A stretch of DNA of 64,000 bases from NCBI GenBank assembly GCA_963676915.2, contig CAXXVK010000072.1:128001-192000 (forward strand), read 5' to 3'. Below are positions 47,289 to 56,890 of the stretch, piece after piece. The notes beneath the pieces were generated by a model. That model worked only from the letters and a program-made list of their open reading frames with translations. It was not told where the DNA came from and made no database searches. Positions within the stretch are counted from its first letter, which is position 1. Each line of letters starts with the position of its first letter. Source of the stretch: Myxococcota bacterium (GTDB lineage: Bacteria; Myxococcota_A; SURF-8; G963663525). Position numbers and translations under genes: made by a program.

Positions 47289-48178
47289 CAGAAAGAAAAT
47301 TACAAGAAGAGATTTCGTTTCTACGCCAACAGAACCACGATCTTATGGAAGAGTTGGAACGTACGAATCATGATTTGATGGAATTTGCACTCGTGCTTGA
47401 TGCCAAGGTGGAAGAGAAAACGAAAACCATCATGGAAATCAACAGTCAGCTCGAAAAACGAGTCGCTCAGCGAACCCATGAACTTGAGGTGGCGAATAAA
47501 GAACTCGAAGCGTTTGCTTATTCGGTATCACATGATTTGCGTGCTCCATTGCGGGCTATCGACGGATTCAGTCAGGCAATTATCGAAGATTTCTCGGATT
47601 CCTTCGATGATACGGCGAAGCTATATTTCGAGCGCATTCGAAAAGCAACCTTGAATATGGCAAGTCTGATCGATGATTTGCTGGAGTTGTCACGTATCAC
47701 GCGATCTGAGTTCAATGTCAGTGCAATCGATCTCGTTGCTTTGGCAAATGAGACGATCAAACTTTTACACCTGACGGAGCCGGAGAGAAAATACACTTTC
47801 CTTTGCCCTGAACGATTGGTTGTACAAGCAGACCTTGGACTCATGAGCATTGCGCTGAACAACCTGATTGGAAATGCCTGGAAATACACTTCCAAAACGG
47901 AAAGAAGTGTCATCGAATTCGGTACTATTGAGCAGAACGGCAAACCTCTGTATTTTATTAAAGACAATGGGGTGGGCTTCAATAACAAGTATGTGAAAAC
48001 CTTGTTTCAACCTTTTCAGCGCTTACATCCAAGCTCGGAGTTCGAAGGAACCGGAGTTGGTTTGGCAACCGTAAGTCGGGTTATTCAAAGACACAACGGA
48101 GAAATATGGGGAGAAGGCGAAGAAGGAAAAGGTGCGACCTTTTTCTTTACATTGGGTACTCGGTCGGAGGTTTTATAA
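47285..48178 (+). CDS. sensor-less histidine kinase (coiled coil + HisKA + HATPase)
   Basis: 'FAYSVSHDLRAPLR', 'NLIGNAWKY', 'DNGVGF', 'FQRLH...EGTGVGL'. Confidence 0.93.
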   Translation: MTERKLQEEISFLRQQNHDLMEELERTNHDLMEFALVLDAKVEEKTKTIMEINSQLEKRVAQRTHELEVANKELEAFAYSVSHDLRAPLRAIDGFSQAIIEDFSDSFDDTAKLYFERIRKATLNMASLIDDLLELSRITRSEFNVSAIDLVALANETIKLLHLTEPERKYTFLCPERLVVQADLGLMSIALNNLIGNAWKYTSKTERSVIEFGTIEQNGKPLYFIKDNGVGFNNKYVKTLFQPFQRLHPSSEFEGTGVGLATVSRVIQRHNGEIWGEGEEGKGATFFFTLGTRSEVL

Positions 48179-48630
48179 TGAATGCTTTTAAGAGAAATAT
48201 TATTTTTTTAGTCGAAGACAATCCTGACGATGAAATTCTCACTCGTCGTGCCCTGAAAAGTAACAATCTTATCAACGAAATAGTAGTGGCACATGATGGA
48301 CAGGAAGCCATCGATTACCTATCCAATGAAAAGCCTTACGATAAAGGTCGCTTAACAGATTTTATCGCTTTTATTTTGCTGGATTTGAAACTACCGAAAA
48401 TCGGTGGTTTGGAAGTGTTGAAATTTGTCAGGTCCAACCCTGAAACAAAATTGACTCCGGTAATCATCCTAACATCTTCCAAAGAGGAAAGTGATATTGC
48501 GGAAAGTTATCGATTAGGAGCCAATAGTTATGTGCAAAAACCCGTCAGTTTCGCAAAGTTTACTGAATCGGTAAAACTGATGGGAGAGTATTGGTTGATA
48601 TTGAATGAATCTTGCTATCGGGATTTGTAA
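48178..48630 (+). CDS. Rcp1-like single-domain response regulator
   Basis: 'LVEDNPDD', 'LLDLKLPKIGG', 'LTSS', 'GANSYVQKP'; TAATG overlap with the kinase gene. Confidence 0.92.
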   Translation: MNAFKRNIIFLVEDNPDDEILTRRALKSNNLINEIVVAHDGQEAIDYLSNEKPYDKGRLTDFIAFILLDLKLPKIGGLEVLKFVRSNPETKLTPVIILTSSKEESDIAESYRLGANSYVQKPVSFAKFTESVKLMGEYWLILNESCYRDL

Positions 48631-51600
48631 ATGAAAGAAACACTTAACATCCTGTTTGTTGAAGATTCAGAAACGGACGAACTTCTCTTTCTACGGGAAC
48701 TAAGTAAGGATGGTTTTCACGTAGAGTCTTTTCGTGTACAAACTCGTAACGAACTATTTCACGTTTTACAAGAAGATAAATGGGATCTGATTGTTATCGA
48801 TTATGTCGTCCCGGGCTTCGACGGACTGGAAGCTTTGAAAATCTGTACCGAAAAGAAACCGTTTCTCCCTATTATCTCAACAAGTGGAATCGTTAACGAA
48901 AGTGTCATTGTAGAAACCTTGCAATCCGGTGCTTACGATTATGTGTTGAAATCCAACCTCAAAAGAATTCCATCCGTTGTTAAACGAGCCTTGGAAAACG
49001 CGGAAATTCGTAAAAAAAGTGCACGGAACGAAGAAGAAAACATTCGCCTGCAACACGAATTGAAGCTGAAATATGAGATTGCGGAAATCTGCTTGTCAAC
49101 ACCGGAAAAGGATATGTACTCCGCAGTGCTGAAAATTGTGTTGAAAGAACTCAATAGTCCTTTCGGAGTATTTGGTTACGTCAACGACAGAAACTCGCTC
49201 GTATGCCCGTCGATGTCCCATGAGGTATGGGAACGCTGCAAGATGCCGAAGAAAGAGATAGAGTTCCCCAAGAGAAGTTGGAGTGGAATTTGGGGAAAGG
49301 CGTTGGCTGAAAAAAGGATTACTTTAAAAAACGAACCTGGCAAGGTTCCAGATGGTCATATTCCGATTACAAGATCACTCAATGTACCTGTTGTCTTTAA
49401 AGGCAACGTTATTGGTTTGTTTATGGTAGCGAATAAAGAAACCGACTATTCGCAAGCCGACACGTTATTGCTGGAAATGATTTCAAAACATATTTCACCA
49501 ATTCTGCAATCCAGACTTGAGATGGCCAGAGAATTGTATCGCCGTAAAAGGGCGGAGAAACGTTTTGCTCTCGCAATCAGGGGAGCAAATGACGGAGTTT
49601 GGGATTGGGATTTGCGAACGGATGAAATGTATTTTTCACCTCGTTGGAAAGAAATGATCGGCTATCGTGATGACGAATTAGAGAGTCGAATGGAGGTTTG
49701 GGAAGAACGCATCCATCCACAAGATCTGGAACATGTTCGGGGAGCAATTCAATCGTGCATATATGGGGAAGTAGAACGATTTACGCAAGAACACAGAATA
49801 CGACACAAAAATGGGGATTATCGATGGATTCTTATTTGTGGCGCATGTGAAAGGGACGATTTAGGAAAGCCGGTATTACTGGCAGGATCTTATACGGATA
49901 TTACTGAGAAAAAAACGGCAGAGCAGGAACGCAGTCGGCTTTATGAAGAAGCTCGACAAAAAGCGCATGATATGAGTTCGTTACTAAATGGAGCCAAGAA
50001 TGTTTTAGAAAAAGATGATTTTCGAGTGATTGCCAGACAATTATTCGATGAGGCGTGCGAGAATACAGGTGCTACTTCCGGGTACGTTGCATTACTAAGT
50101 GAAGATGGAGAGGAAAACGAAGTATTGTTTCTGGAATCAGGAGGATTGCCTTGCGATGTAGATCCTGGTTTGCCGATGCCTGTTCGAGGGTTGCGTGGTG
50201 AGGTTTATCGGTCCGGAAAAGTAGTCTGCCACAACGATTTTACGAATAGCGAATGGCAAAAGTTCCTACCCCAAGGACATGTTTCACTGAAAAACGTCCT
50301 GTTTGCTCCTCTAAATGTAGGGAAAAGAACTATAGGGATAATAGGGTTGGCCAACAAGGCTTCCGACTTCACAAAACGGGATTTGAGTATTGCAGCAGGA
50401 TTTGGGGAGCTGGCAGCTATTGCGCTCAAAAACTGGAAAATCCACGAAGCATTACGGAAAAGCGAAGAACAGCATCGCTTGTTGGCCGAAAATACGTCCG
50501 ATGTAATCTGGATGATGGGTCTTGATACTACCTTGACCTATGTGAATCCTGCCATACAGAAGAAGTTTGGGTTTTCACCGGAGGAGTTTATTGGAACTCG
50601 CCTTGGTAGCCATACGGACCCAAAAAATTTGCATATTATAAATAAGGCGCTCAAGGATAGTTTAACCAGGTCTCCAAATTACAAGACAATAACGTTCGAG
50701 TCTGAAATGTTTAGAAGCGATAAAACGTCGGTTCCTGTTGAAATATCCGCGAAAATCATTTCGGACGATGTTGGAGAACCCATAGCGCTGCAAGGCGTAA
50801 TTCGAGATATAACCGACAGAAAAAAAGCGGAAAAAGAAATTCTTGAACATCAGGAGCAATTGGAAAGAAAAGTAGAGGAACGCACTGTTGATTTGAAAAA
50901 AGCGCTTCAGCAGACCGAAGAATCACGAGAACGCATCGACACGATTTTAAAATCCGTAGCGGATGGATTGATCGTAACGGATAAGCACAATCATGTGTTG
51001 TTGATGAACCGAGCTGCAGAGGATATTTTGGGAATTCGTTTTAGTGATGTACTCAATCGTTCTATCGAGTACGCTATAGATGACAATACTCTTCGAGAAA
51101 AAATTATTACTACATTGGGTAAACAGCAAACCGGGTACGAATTCCACTTCACGCATGAAGACCCGGATACCCGGATAACCAAAACCATGCGTGCACGAAC
51201 CTCGGTCGTGCCGGATCATTTCGGGGGAATCAGCGGGATTGTAACCATTTTGCAGGATATTACCAAAGAACATGAAATCGACCGTATGAAAACGGAATTT
51301 ATATCCACAGCGGCTCACGAGTTGCGCACGCCGTTGACATCTATTCGTGGTTTTTCAGAAATATTGATGATTCGAGACAATATTCCAAAAGAAGAGAAAA
51401 ATAAATACCTTGGGCATATTCATAAACAATCGATTGGCTTGTCAAACATTATCAACGATCTGCTCGATATTTCTCGGATTGAATCAGGACGGGGATTTTC
51501 CCTGGATAAAAAACTTTGTGATGGTCAAACTGCGATAAAAAATGTTTTGCCGCATTTCAAAGAAGTTAGTCCAAAACATACATTTGTGGCAAAATTACAT

Positions 51601-51975
51601 GAAAAACCCGTTGAGCTATGGGTTGATGTCGAGAAAATGGAACAGGTTCTACGCAATCTTCTGAGCAATGCCGTCAAATATTCACCCAATGGGGGAACAA
51701 TAACCGTTAGTACGTGCTTGGATCAAAATGAGGATGAAGAAAATAAAGAATACTTTGTCATGTCCATTCAAGACGAGGGAATGGGTATGACACAGAACCA
51801 AGTTTCTCGTATTTTTGAGAAATTTTATCGAGCGGATGCTTCAAATACTGCGATTGAAGGGACAGGGTTAGGTATGAGTATTGTGAGGCACCTTGTGAAG
51901 GCTCATGACGGGAAAATAACAATCTCGAGTGAAAAAGGCACAGGAACGACCGTAAATATTTATTTGCCTTTATAG
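48631..51975 (+). CDS. hybrid histidine kinase (REC-GAF-PAS-GAF-PAS-PAS-HisKA-HATPase)
   Basis: REC 'FVEDSETD', PAS 'GANDGVWDWD', H-box 'AAHELRTPLTSI', 'NAVKYS', 'GTGLGM'. Confidence 0.93.
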   Translation: MKETLNILFVEDSETDELLFLRELSKDGFHVESFRVQTRNELFHVLQEDKWDLIVIDYVVPGFDGLEALKICTEKKPFLPIISTSGIVNESVIVETLQSGAYDYVLKSNLKRIPSVVKRALENAEIRKKSARNEEENIRLQHELKLKYEIAEICLSTPEKDMYSAVLKIVLKELNSPFGVFGYVNDRNSLVCPSMSHEVWERCKMPKKEIEFPKRSWSGIWGKALAEKRITLKNEPGKVPDGHIPITRSLNVPVVFKGNVIGLFMVANKETDYSQADTLLLEMISKHISPILQSRLEMARELYRRKRAEKRFALAIRGANDGVWDWDLRTDEMYFSPRWKEMIGYRDDELESRMEVWEERIHPQDLEHVRGAIQSCIYGEVERFTQEHRIRHKNGDYRWILICGACERDDLGKPVLLAGSYTDITEKKTAEQERSRLYEEARQKAHDMSSLLNGAKNVLEKDDFRVIARQLFDEACENTGATSGYVALLSEDGEENEVLFLESGGLPCDVDPGLPMPVRGLRGEVYRSGKVVCHNDFTNSEWQKFLPQGHVSLKNVLFAPLNVGKRTIGIIGLANKASDFTKRDLSIAAGFGELAAIALKNWKIHEALRKSEEQHRLLAENTSDVIWMMGLDTTLTYVNPAIQKKFGFSPEEFIGTRLGSHTDPKNLHIINKALKDSLTRSPNYKTITFESEMFRSDKTSVPVEISAKIISDDVGEPIALQGVIRDITDRKKAEKEILEHQEQLERKVEERTVDLKKALQQTEESRERIDTILKSVADGLIVTDKHNHVLLMNRAAEDILGIRFSDVLNRSIEYAIDDNTLREKIITTLGKQQTGYEFHFTHEDPDTRITKTMRARTSVVPDHFGGISGIVTILQDITKEHEIDRMKTEFISTAAHELRTPLTSIRGFSEILMIRDNIPKEEKNKYLGHIHKQSIGLSNIINDLLDISRIESGRGFSLDKKLCDGQTAIKNVLPHFKEVSPKHTFVAKLHEKPVELWVDVEKMEQVLRNLLSNAVKYSPNGGTITVSTCLDQNEDEENKEYFVMSIQDEGMGMTQNQVSRIFEKFYRADASNTAIEGTGLGMSIVRHLVKAHDGKITISSEKGTGTTVNIYLPL

Positions 51976-52001
51976 AAAAGGCGATATTCTGGAGTTGTTT
52001 G

Positions 52002-52370
52002 ATGAAAACCATACTTGTAGTTGATGATCGGGCGGAGATCCGTGAAATTGTAAAAGTAACCTTGAGTATTGAGGATTTTACGATTTTAGAGGCAAAGAAC
52101 GGTGATGAAGCCGTGCGGCTGGCAAGATTGCACAAACCGGACTTGATTATTATGGATTTGATGATGCCAGGTACTATCGATGGTCTCAAAGCAACAAAAA
52201 TCATCAAAGCCGACAATCGTTTGAATGCATGTAAAATTATCATTCTGACTGCTAGAAATCAAAAAGAAGATGAGGAAGCCATTGCCCAAGTGGGAGCCGA
52301 TGATTATTTCATTAAGCCGTTTAGTCCGTTGGAATTGATGAATAAGGTGGATCAGATATTGTCAGAATAG
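52002..52370 (+). CDS. single-domain response regulator
   Basis: 'LVVDD', 'IMDLMMPG', 'LTA', 'KPFSP'. Confidence 0.92.
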   Translation: MKTILVVDDRAEIREIVKVTLSIEDFTILEAKNGDEAVRLARLHKPDLIIMDLMMPGTIDGLKATKIIKADNRLNACKIIILTARNQKEDEEAIAQVGADDYFIKPFSPLELMNKVDQILSE

Positions 52371-52717
52371 AGCGAAAGATCCATTTAAATGACAGAAATG
52401 CGTTTGTGACATGGAGGGAGAAACGGAAGTCATGTCAAAAAAGTCGACTTCAAAAAGACAAGGTGTGGACCGTATATGCCGAAAAAATGACGATAGTCCT
52501 GTTTGAATTGGTCGCAAATTGTGAAGTTTTATCCCTGTATTTGTTTGTCTACGACCTAAAAGTGTTAAAATTTAGGGAGAATAGGAAATAAATAAAGGAA
52601 AAAACGAAGAAATTTAAATACCAGAATTTACCAAAAATACTGTAAATATTCGATAAGACAACAAAAAACTGCCATTTCGTAATCTTCTTACTCTCTTTCT
52701 AAAGAAACTCCCAAATC

Positions 52718-52759
52718 CTTAGGACTCTCTTAAGAAACGTTTGTTAGCGTTTTATTAAG
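52718..52759 (+). promoter_or_regulatory. candidate OmpR-family tandem boxes
   Basis: CTTAGG-N5-CTTAAG (52718-34) and TTAGC-N6-TTAAG (52744-59), 11-bp periodicity. Confidence 0.35.
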
Positions 52760-52870
52760 GACAGGTTGCATTGTCGTCGATCGGGTGTCAATCGACCGCT
52801 TTCAAGGTGTGTAATCACAAATCTTACCCGATGCAACGGCAAAGCGATGAGTAGGAACAGGAGATGGGTC

Positions 52871-54784
52871 ATGAAAAAGAAAAGCCGGACAATTAATATG
52901 GCTCTGTTGCTTGCCATACTGCTGTTCGTCGGAATCGGCGGATGCAGTGACTCGGGGAGTATCAGTGGAATCGACGGGAACAATGACGGAGACGATGACT
53001 GGACCGTTTCCGATGGCGACGGCGACGACGATACGGGCTATCCGTACCCATCGAACGGCGGCGATACCAGTGGAGAAAGCGAAGTCGATATCCAGAATCC
53101 GGCTGACCGCGATGTGGAAGAGTTGCCGGAAATCGACTACGAAGGTGCAACGGAAATCGCTTTAAGTTGCAGTGGAAGCACTATTACCGGTCCTGGAGCC
53201 GTTGAAGATGATAGCGACATTGTGATTTCCGAAGCGGGTTCCTACATTATTAGCGGGAAACTCTGTGACGGTCAGATCCGTGTGGATACCGAAGACAAAG
53301 ATCCCGTGGTCATCGTTTTCAACGGTATCGATGTCACCTGTTCCGATAGCGCACCGTTCTATGTTCTGGATGCGAAAGACGTGCAGATTATGCTGCAAGA
53401 AGGAACGGACAACAGCCTAACCGATGGAAGTTCCTACGTTTTCGAGTCCGCCGAGGAAGATGAACCCAACGCGGCACTGTTCAGCAAGGCCGATCTGGTT
53501 CTCTGCGGTAGTGGGAGCCTTACCGTCAAAGCCAATTATAACGACGGAATTGCTAGCAAAGACAGCCTTTGGATTACCGACGGATCGTACACCATTTCCG
53601 CGCAGGACGACGGCATCCGAGGCAAGGACGATCTTACGATCGACGGTGGAGAGTTCAATGTCGTCGTTCGTGGCGATGGCATGACCTCGGACAACGAGGA
53701 AGATGCGGAAAAAGGGTTCATTTTGATTACAGACGGTACCTTCGACATCGTGGCGAGTGGGGATGGCCTTGTCGCTGAGACCGGGATGATCATTTCCGGC
53801 GGTACCTTCGATATCACGGCAGGTGGCGGCAGTTCGGCGACGCTTTCCGATTCGGAATCCGGTAAAGGAATCAAAGGGATAGGTAGCGTCAGCATCACCG
53901 GCGGTTCGTTCATTATCGATTCCGCCGATGATGGCGTGCACTCGGATGGTGACATTTACATCGGTGGCGGAGCATTCGAGATCAGTGTGGCTGAAGGTGG
54001 TGGCGGTGGAGGCATGGGAGGTATGACCTCGAATGGCCAGGATGGTATCCATTCCGACACCACCATCCAGATCGATTCCGGTGCTATTGTTGTTACCAAG
54101 TCTTACGAAGGCATCGAAGCGACGACGATTATCATCAATGGCGGAACGATCGACGTTACGGCGACGGACGACGGATTCAACTGCGCCGGTGGCGATGGTT
54201 CGAGCGGTTGGGAGCCGGGACCGGGGCAAACCACAAGTGGCGATTATTACTTGTATATCAATGGTGGAAATATCTGGATGGACGCCGCAGGCGACGGACT
54301 TGATTCGAATGGCAGCATCGAAATTTCCGGCGGCGTGATCCTCGTAAACGGTCCGACCAACGATGGCAATGGCGCGATCGACTCGGGAGATTCTCGGGAC
54401 GACACCATCAGCGTCAAAGGCGGGTTGCTTGTTGCGGCGGGAAGTTCCGGAATGGCCGAAGCGCCTGATACCATTTCAAGTCAGAATTCTGTAATTGTTT
54501 ACCTTTCCAATGCGCAACAAGGCGGGCAGATTTTCCACATCGAGAAAAGCGATGGAACGGATATGTTGACCTACGCGCCGTCGAAAACCTACGAGTCGGT
54601 CGTGTTTTCCTCTCCGGAATTTACGACGGGCCAGTACAGCGTGTACCTAGGTGGGAGTTCGACTGGTACGTATTACAAAGGGTTGTATACCGACGGAACG
54701 TATACTCCCGGCACCTTGTACACGACATTTACGGTAAGTTCGGTCACAACACAGGTTGGTAACGGCGGGAATCCTCGTCCTTAA
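52871..54784 (+). CDS. DUF4353 / Cthe_2159-type beta-helix lipoprotein
   Basis: Lipobox IGGC; 'ISEAGSYIISG', 'ALFSKADL', repeated 'DGI/DGL...I.I.GG', 'KSYEGIEA', 'DGLDSNG'. Confidence 0.88.
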   Translation: MKKKSRTINMALLLAILLFVGIGGCSDSGSISGIDGNNDGDDDWTVSDGDGDDDTGYPYPSNGGDTSGESEVDIQNPADRDVEELPEIDYEGATEIALSCSGSTITGPGAVEDDSDIVISEAGSYIISGKLCDGQIRVDTEDKDPVVIVFNGIDVTCSDSAPFYVLDAKDVQIMLQEGTDNSLTDGSSYVFESAEEDEPNAALFSKADLVLCGSGSLTVKANYNDGIASKDSLWITDGSYTISAQDDGIRGKDDLTIDGGEFNVVVRGDGMTSDNEEDAEKGFILITDGTFDIVASGDGLVAETGMIISGGTFDITAGGGSSATLSDSESGKGIKGIGSVSITGGSFIIDSADDGVHSDGDIYIGGGAFEISVAEGGGGGGMGGMTSNGQDGIHSDTTIQIDSGAIVVTKSYEGIEATTIIINGGTIDVTATDDGFNCAGGDGSSGWEPGPGQTTSGDYYLYINGGNIWMDAAGDGLDSNGSIEISGGVILVNGPTNDGNGAIDSGDSRDDTISVKGGLLVAAGSSGMAEAPDTISSQNSVIVYLSNAQQGGQIFHIEKSDGTDMLTYAPSKTYESVVFSSPEFTTGQYSVYLGGSSTGTYYKGLYTDGTYTPGTLYTTFTVSSVTTQVGNGGNPRP

Positions 54785-54797
54785 ACTCACAACGGTT

Positions 54798-54834
54798 TGT
54801 TTGCTCGGGATGTTTAAAACCTCCCGAGCAAGCA
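54798..54834 (+). terminator. stem-loop after the DUF4353 gene (terminator or mRNA stabiliser)
   Basis: TGTTTGCTCGGGA...TCCCGAGCAAGCA; no U-tract on the + strand. Confidence 0.5.
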
Positions 54835-55016
54835 GAAGCAAACGCAGAAAAACGGTGGTCATTCCGTTTTGACTCACGACCCGGGTTGGTTGAAGTGTGG
54901 AGGCTCGACTTGAAACAGCAGGCGATCCGCACCGGTTCTCGAACGATGATATTGGCAGTGTGCTGACGTGATCCGATTGCAAGAAGGCTTCGAGCGCGAG
55001 AGAGGCAGGGCGAACC

Positions 55017-55697
55017 ATGGAAAGTTTACTACTAAGTTTCGGATCGGTGAAACTGGAATGGCAGCATTCATTGTTGTCGCTGCTATTGGCCTTTCTGCTT
55101 TCGAGCCTCGTTGCCGTCATATACGAGAAGACGTTTAGAGGTCTTTCCTGGTCGGTGAACCTGCTCCAGGCCATGATTCTCGGCAGCATGGTGGCCTGCA
55201 TCATCATGATCGCGATTGGTGACAACATTGCCCGAGGTATTGGTATCGTAGGTTCGTTGGCGATTATCCGTTTCCGAACCAATCTTCGTGATCCTCGCGA
55301 CCTTGTGTTCCTTTTCGCATCATTGGCGATTGGTGTGGCCTGCGGTGTTCAGAGCTATTCCACCGCCATCGTCGGTACGGTCATGTTCTCGATGGTCAGT
55401 ATCGGTTTGCAGATTACGGAATTCGGAAAGCATCGCCGCCACGATGGTATGGTCCGGTTCCAGGTTCCTGCCAATGGCGAAGCCTCTGCGAAAGTGTCCG
55501 AGATCCTGGAGCGTATCCCTCATCATTTCGCTCTCGTCACCCGGCGTAGCGTGGCCCAAGGTTCCATGATGGATTACGCCTACCAGGTGAAATTCAATCA
55601 AGACAAGGATTGTGAGTTGTTGATGCAGGAGTTGGAAAGCATCAAGGGAATTACCGGATTGGCCTATCTGAACCAGCAAACCACAGTGGAAGTGTAG
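55017..55697 (+). CDS. DUF4956 membrane protein (MgtC/SapB-like TM domain + ACT-like C-domain)
   Basis: 'IGDNIARGIGIVGSLAIIRFRTNLRDPRDLVFLFASLAIGVACG'. Confidence 0.88.
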   Translation: MESLLLSFGSVKLEWQHSLLSLLLAFLLSSLVAVIYEKTFRGLSWSVNLLQAMILGSMVACIIMIAIGDNIARGIGIVGSLAIIRFRTNLRDPRDLVFLFASLAIGVACGVQSYSTAIVGTVMFSMVSIGLQITEFGKHRRHDGMVRFQVPANGEASAKVSEILERIPHHFALVTRRSVAQGSMMDYAYQVKFNQDKDCELLMQELESIKGITGLAYLNQQTTVEV

Positions 55698-55704
55698 GTG
55701 GACC

Positions 55705-56886
55705 ATGAACTTCATCAAGAAATACGGCTTTATCGGTCTATGGGGTATTTTTGCTGCTGTGGCATTCGGGATGTACTACTTTTACGCGGTCAACGCCGAT
55801 TTCATCGGGGTTGTCGAAACCCGAACCCACAAACTCAGCGCACAGGAATCGGGACGTATACAAAAAATCCTTGTTTCCCTAGGTGAGCAGGTGTCTGCCA
55901 ACCAACTCCTTGTTGCGATAGACACATCGGACCTCGATACGGAAAAAACCTGGTTGCAGGAAGAACTCAAGCGCTTGAAAAGCCTCGAAGAAGCCGACCG
56001 CAGCAGGTACGCACTGGAGTACGAAAAACTTCGCCTCCAGAGCGATGCGGATGCCTCACGTCTCGATCAATGGAGATCGGAACTCGAAGTGAAAAAGGCG
56101 GAGTTGCAAGCGGTAAACGATCAAATCCACCGTTTGGAACAAGCTCAAAAAGCCGGGCTTGGAAGAACCAAGGAAATGTCCGATCTTGTGATTCGGCGCG
56201 ATTCCCTGGCCAAGTACATCAGCGAACAAAACGCTGTCATGAAGAACAACTCGCGCAAATACGTGTCACGCAAGAAATCCGATAACCAAACGGAAAGCGA
56301 GCGCGTGGTGATGTCGTTGCTCGGCGAGCGAATGGAGCGTATCAACGAAATCAAACTTCGACTGAAAATTCTCGAAACGCGCAAAGACCGGAGCCAGGTG
56401 ATTACTCCCTGCGAGGGACGGGTTGTCAAAATCAATTACATGCCAGGCGATGCCGTAGAAGCTTTCCAAACCATTCTGACGATTGAGGAACCTCAGGCGG
56501 AGTTCATCGATGTCTACGTTCCTGAAACCTCCGACCGAACGCCTCTTCTGGGGGAACGTGTCGCCGTGTATCCTCACCGAACCGGAAAATTCGATTGCGA
56601 AGGTACGGTTGTTTTCGTCGATCCGGGATTCTCGGCAATTCCCGAACGTCTGACCTTCCGCAACCTCGTGTACTGGGCCAGGAAATTTCGTGTGCAACTC
56701 GATCCGGATCATCACATGATGCCGGGAGAAGCCGCCAAAGTTCGAATGCTTGGAAATGTTTCGACGGCTTCTTTGGCTCAAGTCGCCAAGTTGGCCAAGA
56801 CTGTACCCGTCGATGATTCGGCACATAAAAAGCCGGAGCGAAGCCAAGCCAAACCTCTTCTTGTGGCTCAACCGGAAGGAAGGTGA
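55705..56886 (+). CDS. HlyD/MFP periplasmic adaptor
   Basis: N-terminal TM, lipoyl halves 'SGRIQKILVSLGEQV...LL' and 'ITPCEGRV...PGDAV', long coiled coil. Confidence 0.85.
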   Translation: MNFIKKYGFIGLWGIFAAVAFGMYYFYAVNADFIGVVETRTHKLSAQESGRIQKILVSLGEQVSANQLLVAIDTSDLDTEKTWLQEELKRLKSLEEADRSRYALEYEKLRLQSDADASRLDQWRSELEVKKAELQAVNDQIHRLEQAQKAGLGRTKEMSDLVIRRDSLAKYISEQNAVMKNNSRKYVSRKKSDNQTESERVVMSLLGERMERINEIKLRLKILETRKDRSQVITPCEGRVVKINYMPGDAVEAFQTILTIEEPQAEFIDVYVPETSDRTPLLGERVAVYPHRTGKFDCEGTVVFVDPGFSAIPERLTFRNLVYWARKFRVQLDPDHHMMPGEAAKVRMLGNVSTASLAQVAKLAKTVPVDDSAHKKPERSQAKPLLVAQPEGR

Positions 56887-56890
56887 TGTC

